DNA from: Macrostomum lignano
Taxonomy: Eukaryota
Reading direction: 5' to 3'
Assembly (NCBI GenBank): GCA_002269645.1
Contig: NIVC01002852.1
Span: 36,072 to 100,071 of the forward strand
DNA: 64,000 nucleotides
The notes beneath the pieces are model-generated. The model saw nothing but the letters and a program-made list of their open reading frames with translations, ran no database searches and was not told where the DNA came from. The translations under genes were made by a program, and so were the position numbers. Below are positions 1 to 11,580 of this stretch, one piece after another. Numbering within the stretch: position 1 is the stretch's first letter; each line of letters starts with the position of its first letter.

Positions 1-355
1 GCCGCTGTATCCGCCGCTGTTGCCGCCGCAGCCGCCGCAGCCGCCGCTGTTGCCGCTGTTGCCGCTGTATCCGCCGCTGTTGCCGCTGTTGCCGCCGCTG
101 TTGCCGCCGCAGCCGCCGCAGCCGCCGCTGTTGCCGCTGTTGCCGCTGTATCCGCCGCTGTTGCCGCCGCTGTTGCCGCCGCTGTTGCCACTGTTGCCGC
201 TGTTGCCGCCGCTGTTGCCGCCGCTGTTGCCGCCGCTGTTGCCGCCGCTGTTGCCGCCGCTGTTGCCGCCGCTGTTGCCGCCGCTGTTGCCGCCGCCGCC
301 GCCGCCGCTGTTGCCGCCGCTGTTGCCGCCGCCGCCGCCGCCGTTGTTGCCGCCG
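1..355. repeat. Low-complexity GC-rich trinucleotide-based repeat (CCG/CTG/TTG)
   Basis: Reiterated gccgccgctgtt units that run off the left edge of the window. The Pro/Leu ORF 20..385 is just the translation of this repeat. Confidence 0.9.
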
Positions 356-399
356 GTTGGACAAAGAAAAGAGCAGAATAATTGAAAAGATGAAGAGTA

Positions 400-2150
400 G
401 AAGAGAAATGGTTTTAGGGTAGATAGAGAGAAATGGAAGAGATCCGGGGAATATGAATGGAATGATATGAATGGCGGAATACATGTAATTGTAGAAAAGG
501 AGCTGGAGATGTTGAAGAAGAAAAATTAATGAGAAAATAAGGGAACAGGTGTATTTGTATCAGGGTTTGTTTTGTTATAAATAGGAGATAAATAGTAAAA
601 GATAAAAGAGGAGAAGAGAAGAGAAATTATGTTAGGGTGGGGAAAATTCCGGGAAGTGAGATGGGAATGGCGGGATAGGGAGTAATTGGAATGGTGAATT
701 AATTTAATAAGAAACGAAAATAACGGGGATGATGAAATTGTTTTGTTAATACCATATAGAGAGAGTAAATTTAGGTTAGAATAATATTATGTTATGTTAG
801 GGTTGATAGGGAAGGATCGGAAGGGATCCGGGAAGTATGATGGGAATGGCGGAAAAATAGTCGAAAGGAAGGGATTACAGAAAAATTGAAGAGTATATTA
901 GGGAGCAGGTGTACTTGAAACAGGGTTAGTTTGTTATAAATGAGAGGAGAGTGGAAGAGAGATTATGTCAGGGTGATAAATGATTGGAAGGGATCCGAGG
1001 AGTGGGATGGGAATAACGGGATAGGGAGTGATTGGAATGGGTGGAGTGATTTAGTGGGAATGGAAAATAATGGGGGATGAAGAAATTCTATTGTTAATAT
1101 TGGGAAACCTGTCTGAATTTGAAAAGAGCTAGCCAAACTCTTTCCAACTCCCTCAGGTTTGACCCTCTACTCTTCTTTACTATCCCGATTCTTGTCCATG
1201 GCAAAGAATCGTGATTGTAGGGAAGAGTAGCGAAAGAAGAGATTAGAGAAAAATTAAAGAGTAAATTGAGGGAACAGGTGTATTTGTAACATGGTTAGTT
1301 TGTTATAAATTGGAGATGGAAAGTATGTTAGAGTTGATAGAGAAGGATCGGAAAGACAGATCCGGGAAGAATGATAGGAATGGCCGGATAGATAGTAGAA
1401 AGGAAAAGGAAAGTGATTAAACAAAGATTAATGAGTAAATTTAGAGGGCAGGTGTATTTGTCGCAGGGTTAGTTTGTTATAGATGGGAGATGGAGAGTAA
1501 AATAGAAATTATGTTAAGGTTGATAGAGAAGGGTCTATAGGGATCCGGTAAGTGTGATAGGGATGGCGCAAAAATATTTGAAAAAGAAAGGGAGAAGTGA
1601 ATAAAGAAAATTTTAAGAGTAAATTAAGGGAGTAGGTGTATGTGTGACCGGTTAGTTTGCTGTAAATGGACATGGAGAGAAAAGAAAATGTATATGGTTG
1701 GAAAATTTCCGTGGAGTGGGATGGGAATAACGGGATAGGGAGCGATTGGAAAGGGTGGAATGATTTAGTGGGAATGGAAAATAATGGGGGATGAAGAAAT
1801 TATATTGTTAATATTGGGAAACCTGTCTGAAGTTGAAAAGAGCTAGCCAGACTCTTTCCAACTCCCTCAGGTTTGACCCTCTACTCCTCTTTACTATCCC
1901 GATTCTTGTCCATGGCAAAGAATCGTGATTGTGGGGAAGAGTAGCGAAATAAGAGATTAGAGAAAAATTAAAGAGTAAATTGAGGGAACAGGTGTATTTT
2001 AAACTGGTTATTTTGTTATAAATGGGAGATGGTGAGTAGAAGAGGAATTATGTTAGGGTTGATAGAGAAGGATTAGAAGAGATCTGGAGAGTGGGATGGG
2101 AATGTCGGGATAGATATTAGAAATGGAGGGGGAGAAGAGATTAGAGAAAA
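400..2150. repeat. Degenerate purine-rich satellite with an ~180/360-bp period
   Basis: The motif gggaacaggtgtattt...gtttgttataaat recurs near 541, 901, 1271, 1447, 1630 and 1984. A better-conserved block is duplicated at ~990-1330 and ~1715-2030 (offset 714). Confidence 0.65.
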
Positions 2151-2457
2151 TGTTAAAGAGTAAATAAATGAATGCAAAGTTTGAGTGAATGAGAAGTCCA
2201 GTCGTTGCGCTGCCGCCGGTGTACCACCTGCACCTGCGGGCGGCGAATTTCGGGGGGGGGCGAGGGGGGCGGGGCGGTGTGGGGTTTGGGGATTTATTGG
2301 GGAGCGAGGGGCAGGGTGGAATCTGGGTTGGGGGTTATTAATGAATCGAATTTTTGATTAAATAGATGATCAATCAGAAATAAAATTTGAGTAATTTGTT
2401 ATGGATCATTGGAATCATTTAGTGTCTGATTTTAGTGATTGAAAAGAAGTGATAGTT

Positions 2458-2600
2458 TTTTGTTTTTTTGTTTTTTTTTTGCTTTTTTGTTTTTTTTTTG
2501 TTTTTTTGTTTTTTGTTTTTTTTTGTTTTTTTTTGTTTTTTTGTTTTTTTTGCTTTTTTGTTTTTTTGTTTTTTTGCTTTTGTTTTATTGCTTTTTTGCG
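2458..2600 (-). repeat. T-rich (TTTTG)n-like tract, an A-rich tail on the minus strand
   Basis: Long T runs interrupted by G/C. It lies ~110 bp downstream of the minus-strand ORF 2708..2992. Confidence 0.8.
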
Positions 2601-2707
2601 CTTTTAGGATTTTTTTGAAGAACTGAACTCTTGAATTGCAGCCACCAATCAAGAAGTCCCAGCCTACGCCCTTACAAAATGCCACCTCACTCACCGGGAA
2701 TCCGCAA

Positions 2708-2992
2708 TCACCACTCCTCAAAGGAGAAGTAACTGTCGACCGACGGGAGCGCTCCGCAGGCCGCCATCATCCGCAACCTAAACTGTTCTTCGAAGTTTCT
2801 CTGGACTTCAAATTGAAGCCGCAGAAACTCATCGAAAATGGCGTCCTCACGTTTCTCCTTCGGTGCTTCCTGCTCCTGCTTCTGCTCCTGCTTCTGCTCC
2901 TGCTTCTGCTTCTGCTCCTGATCCGAGCGGTAGCGTTTGGGCACGAAGCGCCTGCGGATGCGTTTCAAGACTCCTTCGTAGCAGCTGGGCAT
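2708..2992 (-). other. Short ORF (94 aa) with a QEQK repeat, possibly part of a retroposed element
   Basis: ATG-initiated ORF MPSCYEGVLKRIRRRFVPK...FSFEEW followed by an A-rich tail. I recognise no domain. Confidence 0.25.
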
Positions 2993-3229
2993 GTTGCTGG
3001 TTGATTGCTGTTGTACTTTTAGAGTGCTGGGATTTCTCGAGTGCTGGGAGTTGAGTTCGCCGGACTGAGCACAGCGAGCCAGCGCTTCACTTCAGCTCGC
3101 ATGACCAGGGCGAGCGGGTTGGGCCACAGACAAATTTAGTGCGTTATTTTAATCTATCACGCCTGGGCAACTTGCTCGCACACGCGGCAAAAAAGTGGCA
3201 ACTGGGAGTGCATGAGGCGACTGATTGTC

Positions 3230-3603
3230 TCACTCTCGAATATGTCACTCTCGAATATGTCACTCTCGAATATGTCACTCTCGAATATGTCACTCTCGAA
3301 TATGTCACTTTCGAAAAAATCAACACTCTTGAAAATATCAACACTCTTGAAAATATCACTTTCGAATATGTCACTCTCGAATATGTCACTCTCGAATATG
3401 TCACTCTCGAATATGTCACTCTCGAATATGTCCCTTTCGAATATGTCACTCTCGAATATGTCACTCTCGAATATGTCACTCTCGAATATGTCACTCTCGA
3501 ATATGTCCCTCTCGAATATGTCACTCTCGAATATGTCACTCTCGAATATGTCACTCTCGAATATGTCACTCTCGAATATGTCACTCTCGAATTTGTCACA
3601 CTC
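3230..3603. repeat. 15-bp minisatellite (gtcactctcgaatat)n, ~25 copies
   Basis: Direct tandem units with a few degenerate copies at ~3310-3360. It explains the VTLEY/SLSNM/FESDI ORFs. Confidence 0.95.
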
Positions 3604-4567
3604 AAAAATAGCTCTTGAATACCTCACTCTTGGACACGTGAAGAACGTCACAGTGAGCCTATTCTCTTGCCTCCTCTGCAACCTTCTCCGCCATGCACCC
3701 ATCTGCATCTTTTCTTCCGCCTTCGTTATCCTCTTCACCGCCTTCTCATTGCTGCTCTACTTCTTTTTTGAAAAAGCCTGTCACACCGGCAACAGACCCG
3801 CTCACCTGAGCAGTCACTATGACCTACCTACCCGTGCAAACGTGATTGAAGGCCAATTGTTACATGCACCGAGGGAAGCCACGGATCGCTTGGGCAAAGT
3901 TAAGAACTAAAGAAAGAAGCGCTCCGCTCGTTCAAACAAACATTCTCTACCAATTATGTTAGCTTTCATGCACATACGCACTACTACAAGTAACACGGAC
4001 AGAGTGCGTGCTGTTAAATAGACTTGAAAGTAGCCTTGCTGCGCCACTTCCTTCGCTTGCGCATCAACTTCACCGGCCAAACACGAGAGTGGCGGTCGAC
4101 TGCGCAAAAAAGTCAAGCAAAGACGCAACTCTTATCTCTCCTTGGCTGCTCTCACGGGCTGCCCTGTGGTTCCGAATCTGGCGCTACTCTCTGCCCCTGC
4201 GGTCCCCGCTTTGTTATTTAGAAGCCTTTATAAATAGAAAAACCAAATGCATGGCAAGTCTTCTTTTAAAGCAGCTGAAGAGGTCTCTAAAAGAGCAGCT
4301 GGCTCAGCTCAGTCCAGACTCGCTTCTTCATCTAAATGTAGAGTACGAGTATTCCCTGCCCGCCTCACCTGCTAGTATTCAGTACAGTTCGCTGCCATGT
4401 TTTCAGTCCGACTAACGTTACTTTTGCATGTAGCTCGTAAAACAGCTGTGTCCTATGCCAAAACTATGCTACTAGCAGCAGCATCTTCTGCTTTGGGTCT
4501 TTGTTGTCTTTCAAAGTAGTTTTATCGTTTCGGTTTGAAGTTTTAAAAATAAATAAATATAACAATG

Positions 4568-5426
<859 letters not shown>

Positions 5427-7014
5427 CTGCATATTGATTGCAAATGATTTTGTTTGCCTGGTTGCTCTTTTTGTTTCGGACAATAGATTCTTACCACTCA
5501 CAACACAATGGTAGGGTTTTGCCAGCTAAATTTTTTGAACATGGAACTTCTAGCACCCAGCAATGCAGTGAGTATTCCTACACCAATTAATGTCATTGGA
5601 GCCATGGCAGTAATGGCAGCTGTCATCCGATCTCCTGTCAGCTGCAGCTGAAAGTGCGGCAGCCCAGCTCTGAAGCGGATTTGTACTCGGGAAATTTTTC
5701 AGCAAGCCGAGCTCAGCCAGATCACCCGGGAGGAAACGGATGCCAGCTGAAGTTCAGTCACCAGCAAGAATTATCCGAGAGACCAGAATATGAGATTGGC
5801 TCAAGAGGCTTCTTAAAATGGCTTACAAGCTCAGAGCCAAATTAATGTTTTTTTCGTAATAGCTCAATCAAGTTTTTCTTTCTTTGTGACACAGTTTCTT
5901 TCTTTGGGGCCTAAAAGCAAACAAACATAAAGAAGAGCCGGGCCAGGCGAACGCAAGGACCGGTTCATCTAGGAGCAAGTTTTTTTGCGCGCCACCAGCA
6001 ATCTCGCATTGATTCGGAGAAAATTTGCATCTATCGGAAGCGGCACAGGTGACGGGCTGTTGAGGGCTTTGAGGGCGTTGAGGGCGTTTAGAGGGCAGCT
6101 AAGCAAGTAAAAAGGGATTAAGAAGGAATCAGTTGGATGAAGGCAGCACGGATGGCCGGTGGCGGGGAGCCAGCATCTCAGCTTAATCCAAGCTTTGCTG
6201 TCAATTACCTGCAGGTGGGCGTCAATCATCTGAGGGGGGTCGAGAGCTCAGATGCGATGCAAACTGATCACTGCCGACTCTCATTGGGAATTATCAGTCG
6301 TATCTTTTCATGCAAGCCATTGAAGCCGCTTGCATTCCTGCAACTCGATGTTGTGTGCATGTGATGAGGAAGTGAGGGCCGCTGCTCACCCAGCATGTGT
6401 GTCTGCGTACGTACCAGCATCGCGTGTTGCCTATTGCATTTTCGACACTTTCTGACCGGCACCTGTCATCCCGTTTTTCAGCAAGCATAATTCCTCTTGA
6501 GACCCTGAAACAGAATCTGCTCGATCGAATTTCTCAATTTCCTGTTGTTGTCAATTCTTCATCTTTTATAATCCTGTGTTCCAGGCCGCACAGACCTTGG
6601 CAGCCCCTCGATGCTTGGTCCAGACTGAATATCCGGAAGGAGTCTGCCTGGCAGTTCTGTAGAAGCCGTCCTAACGAAATCAATTCCAGTGGATGGCTCT
6701 AATTTGATTCTCGGTTTGCTAAGAACCAGGCAGACTTGCGTTAATTTCATCCTAATGCAGTTTCTGCTCAGCTGGCTTGTGGATCAGCCAGAAGAAGCGA
6801 GAACTGAGGCACCTTTGCCCTCGAGTCCGCTGCGGGCCTCTCTTGAGCACCCCACTCGCTCCTCTGTCACTGACTGTTTTCCCACAGAAGCAATAATCTG
6901 GATAATCCTACTCAACTTTCGAAGCTCAATACCCTTTTTCTCAGTCAATGTGGAACTACATTATGGAATATGGAATATTTACACTTTGTTCAGATAAGCA
7001 GCATCATTGGTTAG

Positions 7015-7690
7015 TTGTGTCTATGGTTTTAGGCTTTGATAATGCTCAAAGTCACGAGTGGCGAAGCGGCGAAGCCACGAGTGTCATTTGAGCATTATCA
7101 AAGCCTAAAACCATAGACACAATATTATTGTCTCATGATTTCTACACAAAATAGGCGTTTAATAATCTTTCATTATCAAACGGTTGATAATGCATGACTA
7201 AATTTAGATACCGTCTATGGTAATTCGTCAGAAACTTTGGTCTTAAATGTTCTAAGTTACAGCGAAGACTTCTCAGTTTTTCATTTTAAGCCGTCTTCGC
7301 TTGCCTGCCTTAAACATGACCGCTACGCATCTTATCAATTGGTCTCATCTGCCGGTTGATAGTCTCGATGGCGTTTCATCCAGCGAATACATCGTCAAGC
7401 ACGATGGACGTGAGTAACCAGAACATTACACTTAGTAGGCAGAACGTCTCAACTATCTTCACGGATTGTCATTTCTCTGGCTGCACTTTCAACTTGAATG
7501 GTTAGAGACATCTGCGTCATTGAGAATTGCAACTATAAACAACTAAAAACTGTAAACTGTTCATTGCTTAACCATTGAAGCTGATTTCTCGTTGATATGA
7601 AAAATAAACTCGCAGTTCCACCATAGTCTATGGTAGATGTTGAAAAGTTGGCGTTTGATAATCACAAAATTACACAACGAGAAATAATAA
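7015..7690 (+). mobile_element. Putative non-autonomous Crypton-like (tyrosine-recombinase transposon) remnant
   Basis: Perfect 36-bp inverted repeat at 7015-7050 / 7087-7122 around a gcgaagcggcgaagc core. Short ORF 7368..7505 ends IFTDCHFSGCTFNLNG*, which resembles the F-x-x-C-x-F-x-x-C-T-F-N C-terminal motif I associate with DUF3504/Crypton proteins. The right boundary is a guess. Confidence 0.4.
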
Positions 7691-7733
7691 GAGAAAGAAT
7701 GTGACAATTGCTACTATGGAAAAGGCAATTACC

Positions 7734-8234
7734 AAGGACTACTCAAGTAATATATAGCTCATATATAGGACGCAACACTCGAAATCTATGGTAAATGTTT
7801 TGAAGGCAACTTTTCGCCGAAAAATACACTACAGAGATGAGATTTTAATTTTTCAGCACAAAAATTGTTTTTGCTTTTGGTAGGAGGCAGATCCAGTGTT
7901 CATCTTTTGATATGTTGTGCCTTGCTTGTAGCTCTATCGATGTTCATAAAGCTTTTCGTTCGTTTTAAAGGCAGGTTTCACCTGAAAAATACACTACGGA
8001 GATAGGAAATTTCACGATTTTCAACACTAAAACAGTGATTGAGTCTCCTTACAATGTCAGAGAAAGTCCTAATCACACTATTTTGTGCCTCACATGCTGC
8101 TTTAACGACGCATTAATCGATTTTCATGTTAAATTTGCCTGTCACTTGAAAAAATGTTTTAAAAAATGACAGACCAATTTATAGGGCCACAACATAGATT
8201 TCGAGTGTTGCGTCCTTCGACTTAAGTTGTCCTT
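7734..8234. mobile_element. 501-bp MITE-like element with bipartite TIRs and a 10-bp target-site duplication
   Basis: Direct repeat ggcaattacc at 7724-7733 and 8235-8244. Imperfect outer TIR aaggactactcaagt / acttaagttgtcctt. Perfect inner 23-bp inverted repeat ggacgcaacactcgaaatctatg at 7768-7790 / 8193-8215. Confidence 0.7.
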
Positions 8235-11200
8235 GGCAATTACCCGAAAATCGATGCTAACCGACCACTGCGACCTCCTTGCTTTCGCATTCCTGACTAA
8301 TCCGTGCCAGCCCAACTGCAGTGCCCCTTAATCTGTAGTTGCGGTCTAATCCAGATAAACCGTGCATGCTACCAAAAAGCGCTGGCTCCGCCCACTCAGT
8401 TCGGATTCCAGCCGCCTCTGCACGCTCGCTCACTCACGGCTTTGCCAGCCCATATTTAGGAAGAGAAAAGTATTTGGGAATTGTACTGAAATCGGGCCGC
8501 ACTCTGCCTGCATTGCCATTGCGGGATCCTAGCGGACCAAGAAGGCCCCTCTGCGTTCAGTCGCGCCTGACGGGGTAAAGGAAGAAAAATTTGTTTTTCC
8601 CCCAACCTGAAAAAATGCATGTAGAAAGTTCAAACCCACTGCGTGCCAGCCTGGATTTTCCATCGCCTTTGCAGCAGCTGCCTGTCTGACTGTCCGTCTG
8701 ACTGCCCCAACTCCTGACAATGGCCGGCCAGTCGGGAGCAGTCAGTCAGCCGTTTCCCGTCGGCCCCCACCCGCTTGGGTCGTCAACACACAAAGAGTGA
8801 GGGAAGAAAGAAACCTCATTAATCTTATCTGCCTAATCCCAGCGGGGGAGGCAGGCACTCGGGGGCTAGGAAATCATACAGCACTGCATGCGCTTCTCTC
8901 TGACGAAGCCCCAAGGAAGCGAGGCGAGGAGAGAATCGAGAAAAGAAAAGACAGGCAAAGATTTAAGTTATCCAAGTTGCCTAAGGAGGAAGTGAGAAAG
9001 GCAACCGAGAAAATATTAGCTTTGAGGCAGCTGAGCAACTTCGTCCCCTGAGCAGCAGTGAGCAGCTCAGTTTGCCCCACCCTAGCATGGCACCGCCGCG
9101 TGGGCCAGCGATAATTAGAGTTCACTAGAAACTATTTTTTGCTAGCAAATTTCCTAGCCGTGCTTGAGCCAGCGGTTTGTTTCTCCTAAGAAAATGTACT
9201 TTTAGCGAAGAAAATTCCTGTTGTTTTCCATTCCTAACCCGAGGCTGAGAACAATGCACTGAGGGCACTCACTGCTTTATCGATCCAATTTCTCTACTGC
9301 CGACATTTTGCATTGACTTCACTCGCGCAGTTGTACGAGTGCCGGCTCAAATTTAGCCCCAGGAAACCCACCCTGCAGGGTAAACTGCGCCCAAGTGGCC
9401 TCTCGTTTGCCACACCCACTGAATTGAGGCTCTCCCAGCCCGTTCCTTGACAAGCAGAGAGAAAGAGAGAAGGAACTGCATGGAGCAGTGCGAGTAGGGC
9501 GAGTGCGCACGCAGGTACTGCAGGGGCAGCTCAGTTGGACGCTCCATGCTAGCCCTCTCTCTCTATGCTGTAAACAAAGCGGAGTTGCCGAGAGCCGCCA
9601 GTGCAGCGTCAAATTCTGCCCTCAACTCCCAAAAATGGCCGCCTGTTTCTGTCAGCCTTTCCTGTCTCAGCCCGCCAATCCTCTGCACAATGGCCAGCCA
9701 GATCACTGCAAGGTTAGAGAGATGCTAGCCGCGCGGGCAGAATGGAATACCGTAACAACAAACCCTTGGGCTCGGCTTGCTGGGCTTGTCAGCCAGCCAG
9801 CTATCTTGCCCAGCTGGCCAGGCCCCTATCTCTTTTCCTGAAGCCGCCACTTGAAAAGTGCACGCATCTGTGTTCGAGTGTCTGACCCTTCAATTCTCTC
9901 TCCGCGCGCGCAGGTCTCTCTGCTATGCTGACTGCCCTGGTTGCATTTTGTGTTAAGCAAGTGAAATACAACAAGTGAGCTCTGTGCGCACGTCACACAA
10001 GGCTCCGTTTCTCTTCAAGCTGGCCTTAGAAAGCAAAAAACTGCGCTGCAAGCCTTTCAGCCCTCGGTCGCGTGAAGACCACCCAGTGCCCTGCCACTCT
10101 CTCCCTCCCCACCCAGCTCCGAGGCCTGTCACGCAAGCCGACCATTCCATAGCGGGCCACCTCAGCCGTGCTGCTCCACTCAAGCTGCTGTCGGTGTTGG
10201 AAAAGTGCACGAACTGAGTGGACCGAGTGCAGAAGTGTTTAGAGGGGGAAAGCTGGGGAATAATGGAAAAAAGCTCTCCCACAGGCCCCTCCCTATAAGA
10301 GGAAGAGGCAGGCAGCTAGAAAGAATTCAGGCAGATTGGGAGCGAGGAAGCGGAAGGCTGCGGCAAGGCGGAGTGCGCGCTGCAGGCAGGGAAGGCCAAG
10401 TTCAAACCCGGGACGCGAGGACGCCAGTTCAGTTGTTCGCCCTGGCCAACCCGGGCAGAATCCCCGAAGAGCCGCCTCGCTCTCGCTGCCTTTCATTCAT
10501 TCAGTACCCCAATTCTCTCTCCCCCATTAGTTCCGTCTCCCTAGCGGCAGCAGGGCGGGAGCAGCTTGGTGGCGGTGGGCACGGAGAGGCTGAGGATCAC
10601 CCCATGTTGTGAACTTGGGTTTGCGCGAGGGGGAAGAGAGTCGGGCGGAACGGGGAAAGAGGGGCGAGGGGGGCGCACTTGATTTTCATGCAGGCTGCGT
10701 GAGGCAGGAGTGAAGCAGTGGGAGGAATCGCGAGGCCAGAATAGCGGGGTGAGAGACTTGCATTGCGCCTTGAATACTCTTCACTCTCTGCGACTTCCTT
10801 CGCTGAATTCTATTTCAAGGCCACCCTTAACCAAGCAGTGACCGTGCGTACAGAAGTGCGTGTACGGCAATGCGCACTCAGCAACTGTGTACATTTGTTC
10901 AGCTTGCCAGTACAGTGCTGGCAAGGCCGGAGGGACAGAAAAGCAAGAAGGCTCAGGGTGAAATCTCTGCCCTGCAAGTACCCGTGCTAAAAGTTACTCG
11001 CTCAATGCCGTTGTCATGGCAACTATGGTCGGCAATCAGCTGTTCACCCAGTGAGAGCCCCGAATCAGCTGACTTGAGGCGGAGGGTGGCTGCGGCAGCG
11101 GCAGGGGGCGAAGGCCGCGGAGGGGTTGCTGCCGGGCCATTGGCCAGCGAGTTTGCCTTTAAAAGAGAAGCCCGCAGCCCCTGCAGGCGATTCTTCACTG

Positions 11201-11580
11201 CCAGGGAAGGGAGCGGGAACGCAGACGCCGAGCGATCTCACTTTGTCAAAGCTGCTTCTGCACCCTCCTCTCCTTGATTCAGCCTCTTCTTATTTTATTT
11301 TGTCATTAAGTCGTCAAGCTGGAGTCGAACATGGCCAATTGAATACAGTGAAACACAGAGAGAGTGAGAGTGCGAGTGAGAGAGAGCGAGAACTGGCACC
11401 AGGAGATCACCGTCATCTTGCCCGCAAGTCGTTCATTTTGCCTGTCTGTGAGTCTGCATCCCCGGGGCATCTCCCGCACAGTCCGATCGCAGCTTCGCTC
11501 GCTCTCTCGCCCCAGTCTCTGGACTCCATAGTTGATTTCCGCAAGGAAATTGTACAGAGTACTCGCGTCCAGTTGGTTAT

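Noticed and set aside
1113-1230. Hammerhead ribozyme
   Set aside because: CUGAGGA occurs on the minus strand (canonical in at most one copy) and CGAAA on the plus strand, but they are not arranged around a stem II on the same strand. It is kept only as an unexplained hairpin module.
3600-4415. Possible coding remnant on the minus strand
   Set aside because: All frames are broken by stops and I could not assign any motif.
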